DNA from: an uncultured Acidobacteriota bacterium
Lineage (GTDB): Bacteria > Acidobacteriota > Terriglobia > UBA7540
Length of the DNA: 64,000 bases
Assembly (NCBI GenBank): GCA_963804995.1
Contig: CAWDSK010000006.1
Span: 1,984,001 to 2,048,000 of the forward strand
Direction: 5' to 3'
The translations under genes were made by a program, and so were the position numbers. Below, one piece after another: positions 1-9,400 of this stretch (its first letter is position 1; each line of letters begins with the position of its first letter). The notes beneath the pieces are model-generated. The model did not search any database, was not told where the DNA came from, and saw only the letters and a list, made by a program, of their open reading frames with translations.

Positions 1-1490
1 GATACGCCACATTCCATGCCTTGGGCGCGAGCGGGGTGGATTCCTACCAAGTGGGAACCCCGTACGGCGTTCTCACCGCGGAGGGCGCAGCAATGTTCCG
101 CGTGGATCTTGACCAGGGCGCGGAGCGAGTTGAGGTCTTCGAGGGTATCGTTGACGTGCAGAGCAACCTGGGGTCTCGGGCTCTCCCAAGTGAAACTGTG
201 CTGGTGCTGCAACCGGGAGCAAGCAACCCGGCTAACGTCTCGCAGGGCATCACCCGGGACGATTGGGACAATTGGGTGGACAATCGCGAGAGCCAGGTCG
301 AGACGCCACAGACCGGTTCCCTGCCGAACGGCTACACGGGTAACACCTCGAACCTGGTTTACGGCTGGGGCGATCTTTCGGAATACGGCAACTGGTCTTA
401 TATTTCCGGGTACGGCTATGGCTGGATGCCTGCCTCGGCGGGTGGCAGTTGGTCACCTTACGGGTCAGGGCAGTGGTGTTGGTACCCTGGTTTCGGCTAT
501 ACCTGGATTTCTGCCGAGCCCTGGGGTTGGTTGCCCTTCCATTACGGAGAGTGGGATTTTGTGCCGGGAATGGGTTGGGCCTGGTTTCCCGAGAATTTCG
601 GGGGGTGGTCGCCGGCGCCGGTGAATTGGTACTCGGGACCCGGTTGGATCGGTTGGACTCCCAGGGTAAACCCGGGGCACGGCAGGCCCATCCACAATCC
701 TTGCGTGGGTGGCAACAGTTGCGGTGGTGCAGTAGTGAGTTCCAATACCTTCCGCAATGGCGGGTTGGTAAGTGCGTCGAACACCATGGCCTTAAGCCCT
801 GCCACGGGAGAGAGGATCAACCAGCCGGGGATTCAGCCGACTACCGCGGCCATGCTGCCGGGCCAGGCGCTTTCGCAACCCCCATCGGTTACACACGGAC
901 CGGGGAGAACAATGCCCGCAAGAACCGGGGCGGTAACCTTACCGGCGGGCCCTAAGGGTACTGCGACGCCTGCTCCCGCGACGCGTGGCGCCGGCTCACT
1001 TCAACCTGGCTCCAGTATTGTCTATGACCCCCAGGCCGCAAGCTACGTGAATAACCCGCACGCAGCGCCGGTGCAGCCAGCGGCCGCCCCGAAACCGGGA
1101 ATGACGGTCACCACTGTACCCGGGGCAGTACCAGCACTGATGCAGCCGGTGCCGGTGGGGGGCCGCGATCAGAGTGACCGCCCTGTGGACAGGGGAGGCT
1201 TGCTGCCGTCCGATCCCGTGGGAGGCGTCCGGCCCGTGCAGCCCAGGCCTCTGAGTTATGGCCCCGGACACGTGAATGCGCCGCCGAGTAACCCCAACCC
1301 TCAGCCTTCTGCTCCCCTCCACGTGACGGCTTCTCCGTCGCCACCCACCCCTGGACCGTCCGGCCAGGCGCCTTTTCACGCCGGAGGCGGATCTGAAAGC
1401 CATGGCGGGGCTGGGCTGGGCGGAGCTCACGCCGGAGGCGGAGGAGTCGGAGGCGGGGGCGGAGGCCATGGCGGCGGTGGCCATCACTAG
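1..1490 (+). CDS. FecR-domain / DUF6600-like protein with Pro/Gly-rich tail (5' truncated by window edge)
   Basis: Frame is open from the window start. FecR-like 'FRVDLDQGAERVEVFEGIVDV' and DUF6600-like 'DLSEYGNWSYISGYGYGW..W.PY..GQW.W....GYTWISAEPWGWLPFHYG.W' segments, then a low-complexity C-terminus. Confidence 0.75.
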   Translation, partial: YATFHALGASGVDSYQVGTPYGVLTAEGAAMFRVDLDQGAERVEVFEGIVDVQSNLGSRALPSETVLVLQPGASNPANVSQGITRDDWDNWVDNRESQVETPQTGSLPNGYTGNTSNLVYGWGDLSEYGNWSYISGYGYGWMPASAGGSWSPYGSGQWCWYPGFGYTWISAEPWGWLPFHYGEWDFVPGMGWAWFPENFGGWSPAPVNWYSGPGWIGWTPRVNPGHGRPIHNPCVGGNSCGGAVVSSNTFRNGGLVSASNTMALSPATGERINQPGIQPTTAAMLPGQALSQPPSVTHGPGRTMPARTGAVTLPAGPKGTATPAPATRGAGSLQPGSSIVYDPQAASYVNNPHAAPVQPAAAPKPGMTVTTVPGAVPALMQPVPVGGRDQSDRPVDRGGLLPSDPVGGVRPVQPRPLSYGPGHVNAPPSNPNPQPSAPLHVTASPSPPTPGPSGQAPFHAGGGSESHGGAGLGGAHAGGGGVGGGGGGHGGGGHH

Positions 1491-1567
1491 TCCGTATTTC
1501 CCACGGCAACAGTCTTCAAGCTTTCCAAAGAATTAAACTTCAGCGAAAAACGAGAGAAGGGGTTTCG

Positions 1568-2395
1568 TCAGGAAACCACGATGCCGGCGTAACCTACTAC
1601 GGCGCTGCGGTCGCCACTGACATCACCGGAGGTGGCGTAGCGGACCAGTTCAGCGCGGGTGGCGCCGATTTCCTTGGCGGCGGTGAGCATCGCGATGGCG
1701 GGACCGTAGCCGCACATGGAAATGCTCTCCTGGCCGATGACCTCGTATAGGCCTGCGGGATCAAGCGCCAAAATGCGGTCAATAGCCTTGTGGTCCTTGA
1801 GGCGAGTGACGTCGTCCGGCTCGTAGTGGTTCATATCGCTCGAGGCCACGATCAGCACCGTGCCCTGCCAGCGCTTGAGAGTTTGAGCGATTCCGCGCCC
1901 CAGTGAATCGAGCGCCGCAAAGCGGCCGACACCAATGGCGATGGGGACGAAAGTGAACGAGCCCACGCTGCGCTGGAGAAAGGGAAGCTGCACCTCAAGG
2001 GAATGCTCGTCCTCGTGAGCCACCTCATCTTCCATGAGCAGGTGGCAGGATTGGCGCAGGCTCAACGCCAGGTTGGCGTCAACCCGCACCACGCCCAAGG
2101 GTGTCAGCCACTCACCTCCTGACCTGATGGCCAGCGGCGCGCCGCGTCCAGTGTGGTTGGGGCAAAGAATGATATAGGCGGCGCGTTGCGGCAGCCGGCC
2201 GAAGACGGCTCCTGCCACGTGGCCGGAATACATGTAACCGGCATGGGGAACCAGGCAGCCCAGCGCGGCCTCAAACTTCTCCCCCGACGCGGCTTCCGAA
2301 GTGAGGTATTGATCGACCTGCCGCTTCAGAGAGTCCGGCTTCGCAGGATAAAATCGCCCCGCCACGGCCGGGCGTCGAACCGCGGGTGCTGACAT
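1568..2395 (-). CDS. amrB: AmmeMemoRadiSam system protein B (Memo family)
   Basis: Memo motifs 'RRPAVAGRFYP', 'PHAGYMYSG', 'EHSLEVQLPFLQ', 'SSDMNHY', 'SMCGYGP', 'YATSGDVSGD..AVVGYA'. Confidence 0.92.
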   Translation of the reverse strand: MSAPAVRRPAVAGRFYPAKPDSLKRQVDQYLTSEAASGEKFEAALGCLVPHAGYMYSGHVAGAVFGRLPQRAAYIILCPNHTGRGAPLAIRSGGEWLTPLGVVRVDANLALSLRQSCHLLMEDEVAHEDEHSLEVQLPFLQRSVGSFTFVPIAIGVGRFAALDSLGRGIAQTLKRWQGTVLIVASSDMNHYEPDDVTRLKDHKAIDRILALDPAGLYEVIGQESISMCGYGPAIAMLTAAKEIGATRAELVRYATSGDVSGDRSAVVGYAGIVVS

Positions 2396-2489
2396 GGATG
2401 CATCCTAAGCCTGGCGTTCCACCTCTGTCAAGGCAGGCTTTAAAACCTGTAAAACGGGGTTCGATGCGGGGCGGGTGCAAGGCGCGGGG

Positions 2490-2789
2490 CTAGTCGTCGG
2501 AGTTTTCTTCCACTGTGATTTTCAGCGCGCGAAGGAATTGCGTGTCCTGGGAGGTCAGCCGGAAGTCAGGGTCAGGGCGGGCGTCAGTGTTCAGTTTCTG
2601 GCGATGCACCAGGTTGACCTCACCGCGTTTGTTGAAGCCGATGGTAACTTCGAGAACCAGAAAGAGGTCGTAACCGGCGTTGCGGATGCGCGACATGACC
2701 TCAGCAATCCTTTCCGATTCGGAAAGGGATTCGTTAATGGCGTCACCCAATTCCTTGATGAGTCGTTTGAAATTGTCGTCAAGCTCCAA
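2490..2789 (-). CDS. Conserved-looking hypothetical protein (99 aa)
   Basis: Clean ORF with a plausible protein-like composition, ending 'DTQFLRALKI'. No function assignable. Confidence 0.7.
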   Translation of the reverse strand: MELDDNFKRLIKELGDAINESLSESERIAEVMSRIRNAGYDLFLVLEVTIGFNKRGEVNLVHRQKLNTDARPDPDFRLTSQDTQFLRALKITVEENSDD

Positions 2790-2864
2790 GGCTCACCTGG
2801 CTTGTCGAGGCTGGCTTCCACACTTCATTCTAGGGTTGGCAGCGAAAGACTGTCAAGGTGAAAC

Positions 2865-2992
2865 CCGGCCGGGTGGTGGGTGAATTTGATGTCGTAGCGG
2901 CGAGTTTACCTCGCCATCAATCGAGTAATCTCAACGAACGATGGCGGGGTAAACCCGCCGCTACGTCAAACTGAACCAGTACCCCCGGCCGG
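2865..2992. repeat. REP doublet (GTAG-CGGCG(A/G)GTTTAC family) inside short inverted ends
   Basis: GTAGCGGCGAGTTTACCTCGCCA ... TGGCGGGGTAAACCCGCCGCTAC in inverted orientation, flanked by GGGTGGTGGGTGAATTTGA / TCAAACTGAACCAGTACCC. Confidence 0.8.
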
Positions 2993-3172
2993 CGAGGGCA
3001 ACAGGTCTTCACACAGGGTTGAGAGCTTGGCGTGAACGCTGATTGCTCAGATTTGGATTGTCGCAACGATCTGCATTGCTTGTACCCTTCCAAAATTTGA
3101 CTGCACAGAAGTTTGTTCTTGCGATAACCTACGGAATGGGGAAGGGCCCGCGCAGGGCAGGGAAGGAAGACT

Positions 3173-3418
3173 TTGAGTCGACTCGGCAATCTGTTCCATT
3201 ATTGGTTTCTGAATGCAAAGCGGCTATTCCACATGTTGATTGGACTAGCCTTCATGTTTTTGACGGTGCTCGGTGCGTCAGTGACCCTTTCGGAATGGCG
3301 ATACTACCGCAAGGCTCCAGAATTGGGGATTGTCTACTTTAGTATGGTAGGTGTATTTACCGTGCTGCTGGCAATCCTATGCCTTTACTCCTTTGCAAAA
3401 GCCCGAAACGTGCGCTGA
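3173..3418 (+). CDS. Small membrane protein (2 predicted TM helices)
   Basis: 81-aa ORF with two hydrophobic stretches, directly upstream of the mutase gene. Confidence 0.6.
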   Translation: MSRLGNLFHYWFLNAKRLFHMLIGLAFMFLTVLGASVTLSEWRYYRKAPELGIVYFSMVGVFTVLLAILCLYSFAKARNVR

Positions 3419-3458
3419 GAGTGCAAGCCAGGATCCCTGGATGGACGGGTTGCTTCCT

Positions 3459-5069
3459 ATGGCTTCACAAGATGGCAAGAAACTGAAGCCGAAATCTACA
3501 ACTGGCCCAGGCCTGGAGCCCAAGAACTTCGTGAGGCCCGACGACCTTGGCGGCTGGGAGTATGAACGTGATCTCGGCTATCCGGGCGAGTATCCTTATA
3601 CGCGCGGGGTCTACCCCACACTCTACCGCAGCCGCCTCTGGACCATGCGCCAATACGCGGGCTTCGGTTCAGCACGCGAGTCGAACGCGCGCTACCGTTA
3701 TCTCCTTTCGCAAGGGCAGACAGGGCTTTCCGTCGCGTTCGATCTTCCCACCCAAATTGGAATCGACTCCGATCATCCCCTGGCGTACGGCGAAGTGGGC
3801 CGGGTGGGGGTGGCCATCGATTCGCTCGAAGACATGGAAACGCTCTTTGCGGGCATTCCACTGGAAGGCGTCTCAACCTCAATGACCATCAATGCCACCG
3901 CGGCGATTCTGCTGGCGCTCTACTTTGCCGTGGCGGAAAAGCAGGGTGCGGATCTTCGTCGTCTGGCGGGGACGGTGCAGAACGACATTCTGAAAGAGTA
4001 CATGGCGCGCGGCACCTATATCTATCCCCTCGGCCCTGCCCTGCGCATCGTAACGGATATCTTCGCCTATTGCCGCGAGAACGCTCCCGAGTGGAACACC
4101 ATTTCCATCAGCGGCTACCACATTCGCGAGGCCGGCTCGACCGCCGTGCAAGAGGTGGCGTTCACTCTGGGCGACGCCATCGCTTACGTTGAGGCCGCCC
4201 TTGAGCGTGGCCTGGGGGTGGATGAATTTGCGCCCCGGCTCTCTTTCTTTTTGAACGCACACAACGATTTGCTGGAGGAAATCGCGAAGTTTCGCGCCGC
4301 ACGGCGGCTGTGGGCGCGTATGATGCGCGAGCGCTTCAAGGCCCAGGACCCGCGCTCCTGCATGTTCCGTTTCCATACCCAGACCGCCGGCTCAACGCTC
4401 ACCGCGCAACAGCCCAACGTCAACATCGTGCGCGTAACGCTCCAGGCGGTGGCGGCCGTCTTGGGAGGAACGCAATCGCTGCACACCAACGCTCGGGACG
4501 AAGCCCTGGCTCTACCCACAGAAGATTCCGCCTTGCTGGCTCTGCGCACCCAACAGATTCTGGCTGCGGAAAGTGGGGTCGCGAATACCATCGATCCGTT
4601 GGCGGGTTCGTACATGATTGAAAAGCTGACGAACGAGATTGAATCCTCTGCCCAGGAATACTTGCGCAAGATCGATGCCATGGGCGGCATGGTGCGCGCC
4701 ATTGAGTCCGGCTATGTGCAGCGTGAGATCCAACAAGCGGCCTACCAATATCAAAAAGCCATCGAGGCAGGCGACCGCATCGTGGTGGGTGTGAACCGGT
4801 ACGTCGGCGAGACCCGCGCTTCGCCACCCCTCCTGCGCATTGATCCCGAAATCGAACGCGCGCAGGTGGAGCGTCTGGCCAAGCTGCGGGCCCGCCGTGA
4901 TGCGAGGCTCGTAGAAACCACGCTCCGGGCCGTGGAGGAGACGGCGCGCACTGACCGCAACTTGCTGCCGCCCATCCTCAACGCCGTCAAAGCTTACGCT
5001 ACAGTGGGTGAGGTTTCCGATGCCCTGCGTCGTGTCTTCGGCGAATATCAGGAGTCGGTGGTGATTTGA
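3459..5069 (+). CDS. Methylmalonyl-CoA mutase family, N-terminal substrate-binding subunit (no B12-binding domain)
   Basis: Motifs '[27 protein letters not shown]', '[11 protein letters not shown]', '[11 protein letters not shown]', '[12 protein letters not shown]'. Start chosen at ATG 3459; 3441 is an alternative. Confidence 0.93.
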   Translation: MASQDGKKLKPKSTTGPGLEPKNFVRPDDLGGWEYERDLGYPGEYPYTRGVYPTLYRSRLWTMRQYAGFGSARESNARYRYLLSQGQTGLSVAFDLPTQIGIDSDHPLAYGEVGRVGVAIDSLEDMETLFAGIPLEGVSTSMTINATAAILLALYFAVAEKQGADLRRLAGTVQNDILKEYMARGTYIYPLGPALRIVTDIFAYCRENAPEWNTISISGYHIREAGSTAVQEVAFTLGDAIAYVEAALERGLGVDEFAPRLSFFLNAHNDLLEEIAKFRAARRLWARMMRERFKAQDPRSCMFRFHTQTAGSTLTAQQPNVNIVRVTLQAVAAVLGGTQSLHTNARDEALALPTEDSALLALRTQQILAAESGVANTIDPLAGSYMIEKLTNEIESSAQEYLRKIDAMGGMVRAIESGYVQREIQQAAYQYQKAIEAGDRIVVGVNRYVGETRASPPLLRIDPEIERAQVERLAKLRARRDARLVETTLRAVEETARTDRNLLPPILNAVKAYATVGEVSDALRRVFGEYQESVVI

Positions 5070-5100
5070 TACGCCGCCCCGCATCTGCTATCGTTCATCT

Positions 5101-5490
5101 ATGTCGAAGGCGAAAGTGCTGGCGTTCCTGCTATGCGAGAATGCGACCAAGGGCCGCGATGGGAAGGTGACCCTGCATGATCTATTTGACCGCATCATCA
5201 CTCCGCGGACTCCGAGGGAGGATAAGCTCTTCTTCGTTTACTACAAAATCGTTGTGGACGGGGCGTGCACCGTTTCGCTGAGTGTCATGCATTCCTCCGG
5301 CCAGGAAATTTCTGGGAATTGGCGCGATTCATTCTCGCATCTTGGGCCGGTGCAATCGATTTGGGCGCTCGTTTCGAGTCTTTTCAAGCAGCCTGGGAAC
5401 TACGTGCTTGAATTGAGACAGGAGATAGAAGGTTCGGAACCGCTCTCATTAGCGAGTATGTTATTTGTCGTCGATCAGGAGGGCGAATAA
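5101..5490 (+). CDS. Hypothetical protein, DUF6941-like
   Basis: 'AFLLCENA....GKVTLHDLFDRI' N-terminus and 'F..PG.Y.LEL' C-terminus resemble this family. Confidence 0.55.
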   Translation: MSKAKVLAFLLCENATKGRDGKVTLHDLFDRIITPRTPREDKLFFVYYKIVVDGACTVSLSVMHSSGQEISGNWRDSFSHLGPVQSIWALVSSLFKQPGNYVLELRQEIEGSEPLSLASMLFVVDQEGE

Positions 5491-5808
5491 ATGGCCATGA
5501 ATAGTGGAGTTCTCACTGTAAGTGACACCCTCGATGTTCACGCATTTCCCGTAGATGCGCAGAACGCACTTGAGTCAGGGAATGTCCCTTCTTCTTCTGT
5601 CCGGGACGAGGCCATTCGAGCTCGGCTCGCCGACGTTGCCCAGCAAGAGGTAAGGCGTCGACGCTTGCTGGAGATATTGAGAAGACCGACTCCCGCTTGG
5701 AATCCTGACGACCATCCCGACATCGACGCGGCGGGCGGTGCCGCTGAATGGGTGAGGAAGCTACGCAGTGAGGCAGAGCGGGGATTTGAAAGGCGCACTC
5801 GAAACTAA
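5491..5808 (+). CDS. Putative antitoxin (VapB-like by position)
   Basis: Immediately upstream of a PIN toxin. C-terminal 'W..DDHPDI..G..EWVRKLRSE' pattern is typical of antitoxin tails. Confidence 0.55.
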   Translation: MAMNSGVLTVSDTLDVHAFPVDAQNALESGNVPSSSVRDEAIRARLADVAQQEVRRRRLLEILRRPTPAWNPDDHPDIDAAGGAAEWVRKLRSEAERGFERRTRN

Positions 5809-5816
5809 GAGCGGGA

Positions 5817-6206
5817 ATGATCATACTTCTTGATACTTCTGTTATCATCGATGCCCTGCGCATACGGCGTGGCCGGCGCGAGTTTTTGGACCAGAGAAAC
5901 CAGGCCGGTGACACGCTCGCGTGTTCTGCCGTTAGCGTGGCGGAAGTCTACGCCGGGATGAGACCCAACGAGGCGGCTGCCACGGAGGAATATATTGAAA
6001 ACCTGGTCTGTATCGAAGTTACTCAGGAAATTGCGCGAACGGCGGGTAGCTTGAAGTACGCGTGGGAGCGCAAGGGAGTCACCATCGACATCCCGGACGC
6101 TATCATTGCCGCAACGACTCTTAATTTCAATCTGTACTTGGCTACGGACAATCTCCGGGATTTTCCCATGCCGGAATTGAACCATCTCAACCTCCCGACA
6201 ACTTAG
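5817..6206 (+). CDS. vapC: VapC family PIN-domain toxin
   Basis: Motifs 'ILLDTSVIID', 'SAVSVAEVYAG', 'DAIIAAT', 'TDNLRDF'. Confidence 0.9.
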   Translation: MIILLDTSVIIDALRIRRGRREFLDQRNQAGDTLACSAVSVAEVYAGMRPNEAAATEEYIENLVCIEVTQEIARTAGSLKYAWERKGVTIDIPDAIIAATTLNFNLYLATDNLRDFPMPELNHLNLPTT

Positions 6207-6212
6207 ACCGTT

Positions 6213-7604
6213 ATGCCCACTCTAACTTTTCTCGGTGCCACCGGCACGGTTACCGGTTCAAAGTATCTGCTGGAAGCCGGCGGCGAACGCCTGATGATCG
6301 ACTGCGGACTTTTCCAGGGCGACAAGGAATTGCGGCTGCGCAACTGGAACCCGCTGCCCGTGCCCCCCGCGAGCATCCAGTGGTTGGTGCTGACGCACGC
6401 GCATCTCGACCACGTCGGATATATTCCCCGCCTGGTGAAAGATGGTTTTCGCGGGCAGATCCTGGCGTCTTCTGCCACCGTGGATATCACCAAAATCGTG
6501 CTTCCGGATTCCGGGCATCTCCAGGAAGAAGACGCGGAGTTCGCGAACAAGAAGGGGTTCAGCAAACACGCCCCGGCCCTGCCGCTCTATACATATGAGG
6601 AAGCTTTGAAGGCGCTTGAATTTCTTCGTGCCGTGGACACCAACCAGCCCCTGGAGCTTTCTACGCATTTCTCCCTGCGTTTTTTCTTTGCCGGCCACAT
6701 TCTAGGTGCGCGGATGGTGGAAGTGACGGTCCGGGAAAACGGCACCACCAAAAAGCTGCTCTTCTCCGGCGACCTCGGCCGCTTCCCACAGTTGATCATT
6801 CCTGAACCGGTGGTGCCGGAAGACAGGTTCGATTACATGCTGCTGGAATCCACTTACGGCGACCGCCTGCACCCGCAGGAAGACATTGGCGCGCGCCTGG
6901 CTTCCGTTGTTGAAGACACCGCCGGGCATGGCGGGACCGTGGTGATTCCTTCCTTTGCGGTGGGGCGCACGCAGGAACTGCTCTACCTGTTTCGCGAATT
7001 GATCGAAGATAAAAAGCTGCACTCGCTTCCCATCCATGTGGACAGCCCCATGGCGATCGACGTGACGAATCTTTACATGAAGCACGCCGAGGATCACTCC
7101 CTGATATTGGAGGCGCTGGAAGAAAAGGGAATCAAACCCTTCTCGCCCCCCAACTTGCACTTCGACAAAACCGTGGATGAGTCGAAGCAGCTCAACGATG
7201 CGCGCTACCCGACGGTGATTATCTCGGCCAGCGGTATGGCGACAGGGGGGCGCGTTGTGCACCACCTGGAACGCTGCCTGCCGGATCATCGCAATACGGT
7301 TTTGTTCGTAGGCTTTCAGGCAGCGGGAACACGGGGCCAGGCGATCCAATCGGGCGCTCAAGACATAAAGATGTACGGGCATGAAGTGCATGTGCGGGCA
7401 CGCATCGAGACTATTGAGAACTTGAGCGCCCACGCCGACTATGGTGAAATCCTCGCCTGGCTTAAGCGATTCAGCAAGGCGCCGGGGCGGACCTTTATGG
7501 TGCATGGTGAGCCGAAGGCTAGCGAAGCGCTGCGGCAACGCATTGCGCAGGAACTCCATTGGGATGTCACGGTGCCGACGTATCTTGAACGGGTGACATT
7601 GTGA
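6213..7604 (+). CDS. MBL-fold beta-CASP ribonuclease (RNA specificity domain)
   Basis: Motifs 'THAHLDHVG', 'AGHILG', 'SGDLG', 'ESTYGDRLH', 'SASGMATGGR', 'LSAHAD', 'VHGE'. Confidence 0.93.
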   Translation: MPTLTFLGATGTVTGSKYLLEAGGERLMIDCGLFQGDKELRLRNWNPLPVPPASIQWLVLTHAHLDHVGYIPRLVKDGFRGQILASSATVDITKIVLPDSGHLQEEDAEFANKKGFSKHAPALPLYTYEEALKALEFLRAVDTNQPLELSTHFSLRFFFAGHILGARMVEVTVRENGTTKKLLFSGDLGRFPQLIIPEPVVPEDRFDYMLLESTYGDRLHPQEDIGARLASVVEDTAGHGGTVVIPSFAVGRTQELLYLFRELIEDKKLHSLPIHVDSPMAIDVTNLYMKHAEDHSLILEALEEKGIKPFSPPNLHFDKTVDESKQLNDARYPTVIISASGMATGGRVVHHLERCLPDHRNTVLFVGFQAAGTRGQAIQSGAQDIKMYGHEVHVRARIETIENLSAHADYGEILAWLKRFSKAPGRTFMVHGEPKASEALRQRIAQELHWDVTVPTYLERVTL

Positions 7605-7637
7605 AGCAGGTTCGCAGGGGGCGATGAAAGGGAACGC

Positions 7638-8225
7638 CTAGGCGCCTGCCGATGCACCGGGGGTCGCGCCGGCCGGAGCGAGACCAAGCTGGCTTGCGAT
7701 ATTACGCATCGCGGCTATGCAGAATGTAATATGTTCATCCAGGGGCACCCCTAGTTCCTCGGCGCCCTTGGTAATGTCCTCGCGGCTGACGGAACGGGCA
7801 AAGGCTTTGTCCTTCATTCTCTTTCGTACCGACTTCGCTTCCAGGCTCACAATCCGGTCCGGGCGGACCAAGGAACAAGCCGTAATGAAGCCCGCGACCT
7901 CATCACAGGCAAAAAGCGTTCTGGCCAGAAGGGTGTCGCGGGGAACTCCCGTGTAATCCGCGTGACCCAGAATGGCACGGCGAATTTCTTCCGAAACGCC
8001 TCTCTCCTTGAGAATCTCACTTCCCTTCAGCGGGTGGTCGGGAGCGTTTGGATACATCTCGTAGTCAAAATCATGGATCAATGCGACCACGCTCCACTTT
8101 TCCTCGTCTTCACCAAACTTGCGTGCATAGGCAACCACGCAGGCTTCCACGGCCAAGGCGTGCTTCCGCAAGTTCTCATTCTGTGTGTACTCGCAAAGTA
8201 ATTCCCACGCCGCTTCGCGATTCAT
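7638..8225 (-). CDS. HD/HDIG-domain metal-dependent phosphohydrolase
   Basis: 'MNREAAWELL..YT....LRKHALAVE', 'LIHDFDYE', 'ACDE..GFITAC.LVRP'. The real start is ATG 8225; the longer ORF call runs into the tRNA repeats. Confidence 0.88.
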   Translation of the reverse strand: MNREAAWELLCEYTQNENLRKHALAVEACVVAYARKFGEDEEKWSVVALIHDFDYEMYPNAPDHPLKGSEILKERGVSEEIRRAILGHADYTGVPRDTLLARTLFACDEVAGFITACSLVRPDRIVSLEAKSVRKRMKDKAFARSVSREDITKGAEELGVPLDEHITFCIAAMRNIASQLGLAPAGATPGASAGA

Positions 8226-8343
8226 GGTTTGCACCCCTTTCGGCAGAAGGCTGATTATACGCCGCGCGAGGCTTCGCTCCCAAGCCAGGAAGCGGTAGCG
8301 AAGGCCAAAGCGGATTTGCGCCGTTTGCCCGCACGGTCCTGCG

Positions 8344-8372
8344 TTGACAGGTTTTGAGAACTGCGATAGTTT
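8344..8372 (+). promoter_or_regulatory. Putative sigma70 promoter of the tRNA-Val array
   Basis: TTGACA (8344-8349), 17 nt spacer, TAGTTT (8367-8372); 14 nt upstream of the first tRNA-like unit. Confidence 0.55.
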
Positions 8373-8386
8373 GAAAAGGTTCTCGC

Positions 8387-8742
8387 AGGCCCGTAGCTCA
8401 GCCCGGTTAGAGCGGGCCGACCCGTCGGCCAGGTCTGGGGCGGGAGAAGCAGATAGCAATTCACAGACAGCACGTAGGCCCGTAGCTCAGCCCGGTTAGA
8501 GCGGGCCGACCCGTCGGCCAGGTCTGGGGCGGGAGAAGCAGATAGCAATTCACAGACAGCACGTAGGCCCGTAGCTCAGCCCGGTTAGAGCGGGCCGACC
8601 CGTCGGCCAGGTCTGGGGCGGGAGAATCAGATAGCAGTTCAGAGACAGCACGTAGGCCCGTAGCTCAGCCCGGTTAGAGCGGGCCGACCCGTCGGCCAGG
8701 TCTGGGGCGGGAGAATCAGATAGCAGTTCAGACACAGCACGT
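8387..8742 (+). repeat. Four tandem 89-bp tRNA-Val-derived units with the anticodon arm replaced by a palindrome
   Basis: Units start at 8387, 8476, 8565 and 8654. Each is AGGCCCGTAGCTCAGCCCGGTTAGAGCG + GGCCGACCCGTCGGCC + AGGTCTGGGG + a 35-nt linker. Confidence 0.95.
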
Positions 8743-8820
8743 AGGCCCGTAGCTCAGCCCGGTTAGAGCGCTACCTTGACACGGTAGAGGTCTGGGGTTC
8801 GAGTCCCCACGGGCCTACCA
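8743..8820 (+). tRNA. tRNA-Val(GAC)
   Basis: Cloverleaf: acceptor AGGCCCG/CGGGCCT, D-stem GCTC/GAGC, anticodon arm CTACC-TTGACAC-GGTAG, T-arm TGGGG-TTCGAGT-CCCCA, discriminator A, encoded CCA. Confidence 0.97.
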
Positions 8821-8831
8821 TTGGTTCCTTG

Positions 8832-9083
8832 ATGGCTTTCCTCTAAATCCTGGAGAGTCTGACAACAGGCCGCTTTTACATCGGTTCCACCAGCGATCTC
8901 GACCGCCGCATCGAGGAGCACCAGCGAGGGCACACGCCGTCCACGCGAGGCCGCGGCCCGTGGAAACTCGCTTATCGCGAATCCTACCCAAGCTTGCGCG
9001 AGGCTCGCAAACGCGAACTCGAAATCAAGTGCTGGAAATCCGCGAAGCTAATCCAACAATTGATGGCGAGCCAGCCCGGTTAG
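8832..9083 (+). pseudogene. GIY-YIG nuclease copy 1, with an in-frame TAA at codon 5
   Basis: Reads MAFL*ILESLTTGRFYIGSTSDLDRRIEEHQRGHTPSTRGRGPWKLAYRESY...EARKRELEIK.WKS...SQPG*. Same length as and colinear with copy 2, which has TAT at codon 5. Confidence 0.85.
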
Positions 9084-9136
9084 AGCGGGCCGCCCGGTCG
9101 GCCAGGTCTGGGGTTCGAGTCCCCACGGGCCTACCA
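9072..9136 (+). repeat. tRNA-Val-derived 3' segment (D-loop to CCA), anticodon arm replaced by GGCCGCCCGGTCGGCC
   Basis: CAGCCCGGTTAGAGCG-[palindrome]-AGGTCTGGGGTTCGAGTCCCCACGGGCCTACCA; identical to the tRNA outside the swapped arm. Confidence 0.92.
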
Positions 9137-9148
9137 TTTGGTTCCTTG

Positions 9149-9400
9149 ATGGCTTTCCTCTATATCCTGGAGAGTCTGACAACCGGCCGCTTCTACATCG
9201 GTTCAACCAGCGATTTCGACCGCCGCATGCAGGAGCACGAGCGCGGACACACGCCCTCCACGAGAGGTCGGGGCCCGTGGAAACTCGTCTATCGAGAGTC
9301 GTTCCGGAGTTTACTTGAGGCCCGAAGGCGTGAGGCGGAAATCAAGCGCTGGAAATCAGCAAAGCTAATCCAACAATTGATTGCGAGCCGGCCCGGTTAG
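9149..9400 (+). CDS. Small stand-alone GIY-YIG nuclease (83 aa), copy 2, intact
   Basis: MAFLYILESLTTGRFYIGSTSDFDRRMQEHERG..STR.RGPWKLVYRESF....EARRREAEIKRWKS, with the YIL/YIG, R, H and E catalytic pattern. True start is ATG 9149. Confidence 0.9.
   Translation: MAFLYILESLTTGRFYIGSTSDFDRRMQEHERGHTPSTRGRGPWKLVYRESFRSLLEARRREAEIKRWKSAKLIQQLIASRPG

Noticed and set aside
8226..8735. Minus-strand ORFs 8255-8548 and 8550-8735, and the N-terminal extension of the HD protein to 8459
   Set aside because: They are antisense translations of the tRNA-derived tandem repeat, with repeated peptides and no family features.
8387..8742. CRISPR array
   Set aside because: The 'spacers' are near-identical to each other, the 'repeat' is tRNA-derived, and no cas genes are in the window.
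8960..9148. N-terminal 63 aa of the 146-aa ORF 8960-9400
   Set aside because: This is out-of-frame read-through of GIY-YIG copy 1 and the tRNA copy. Alignment of the two cassettes places the start at ATG 9149.
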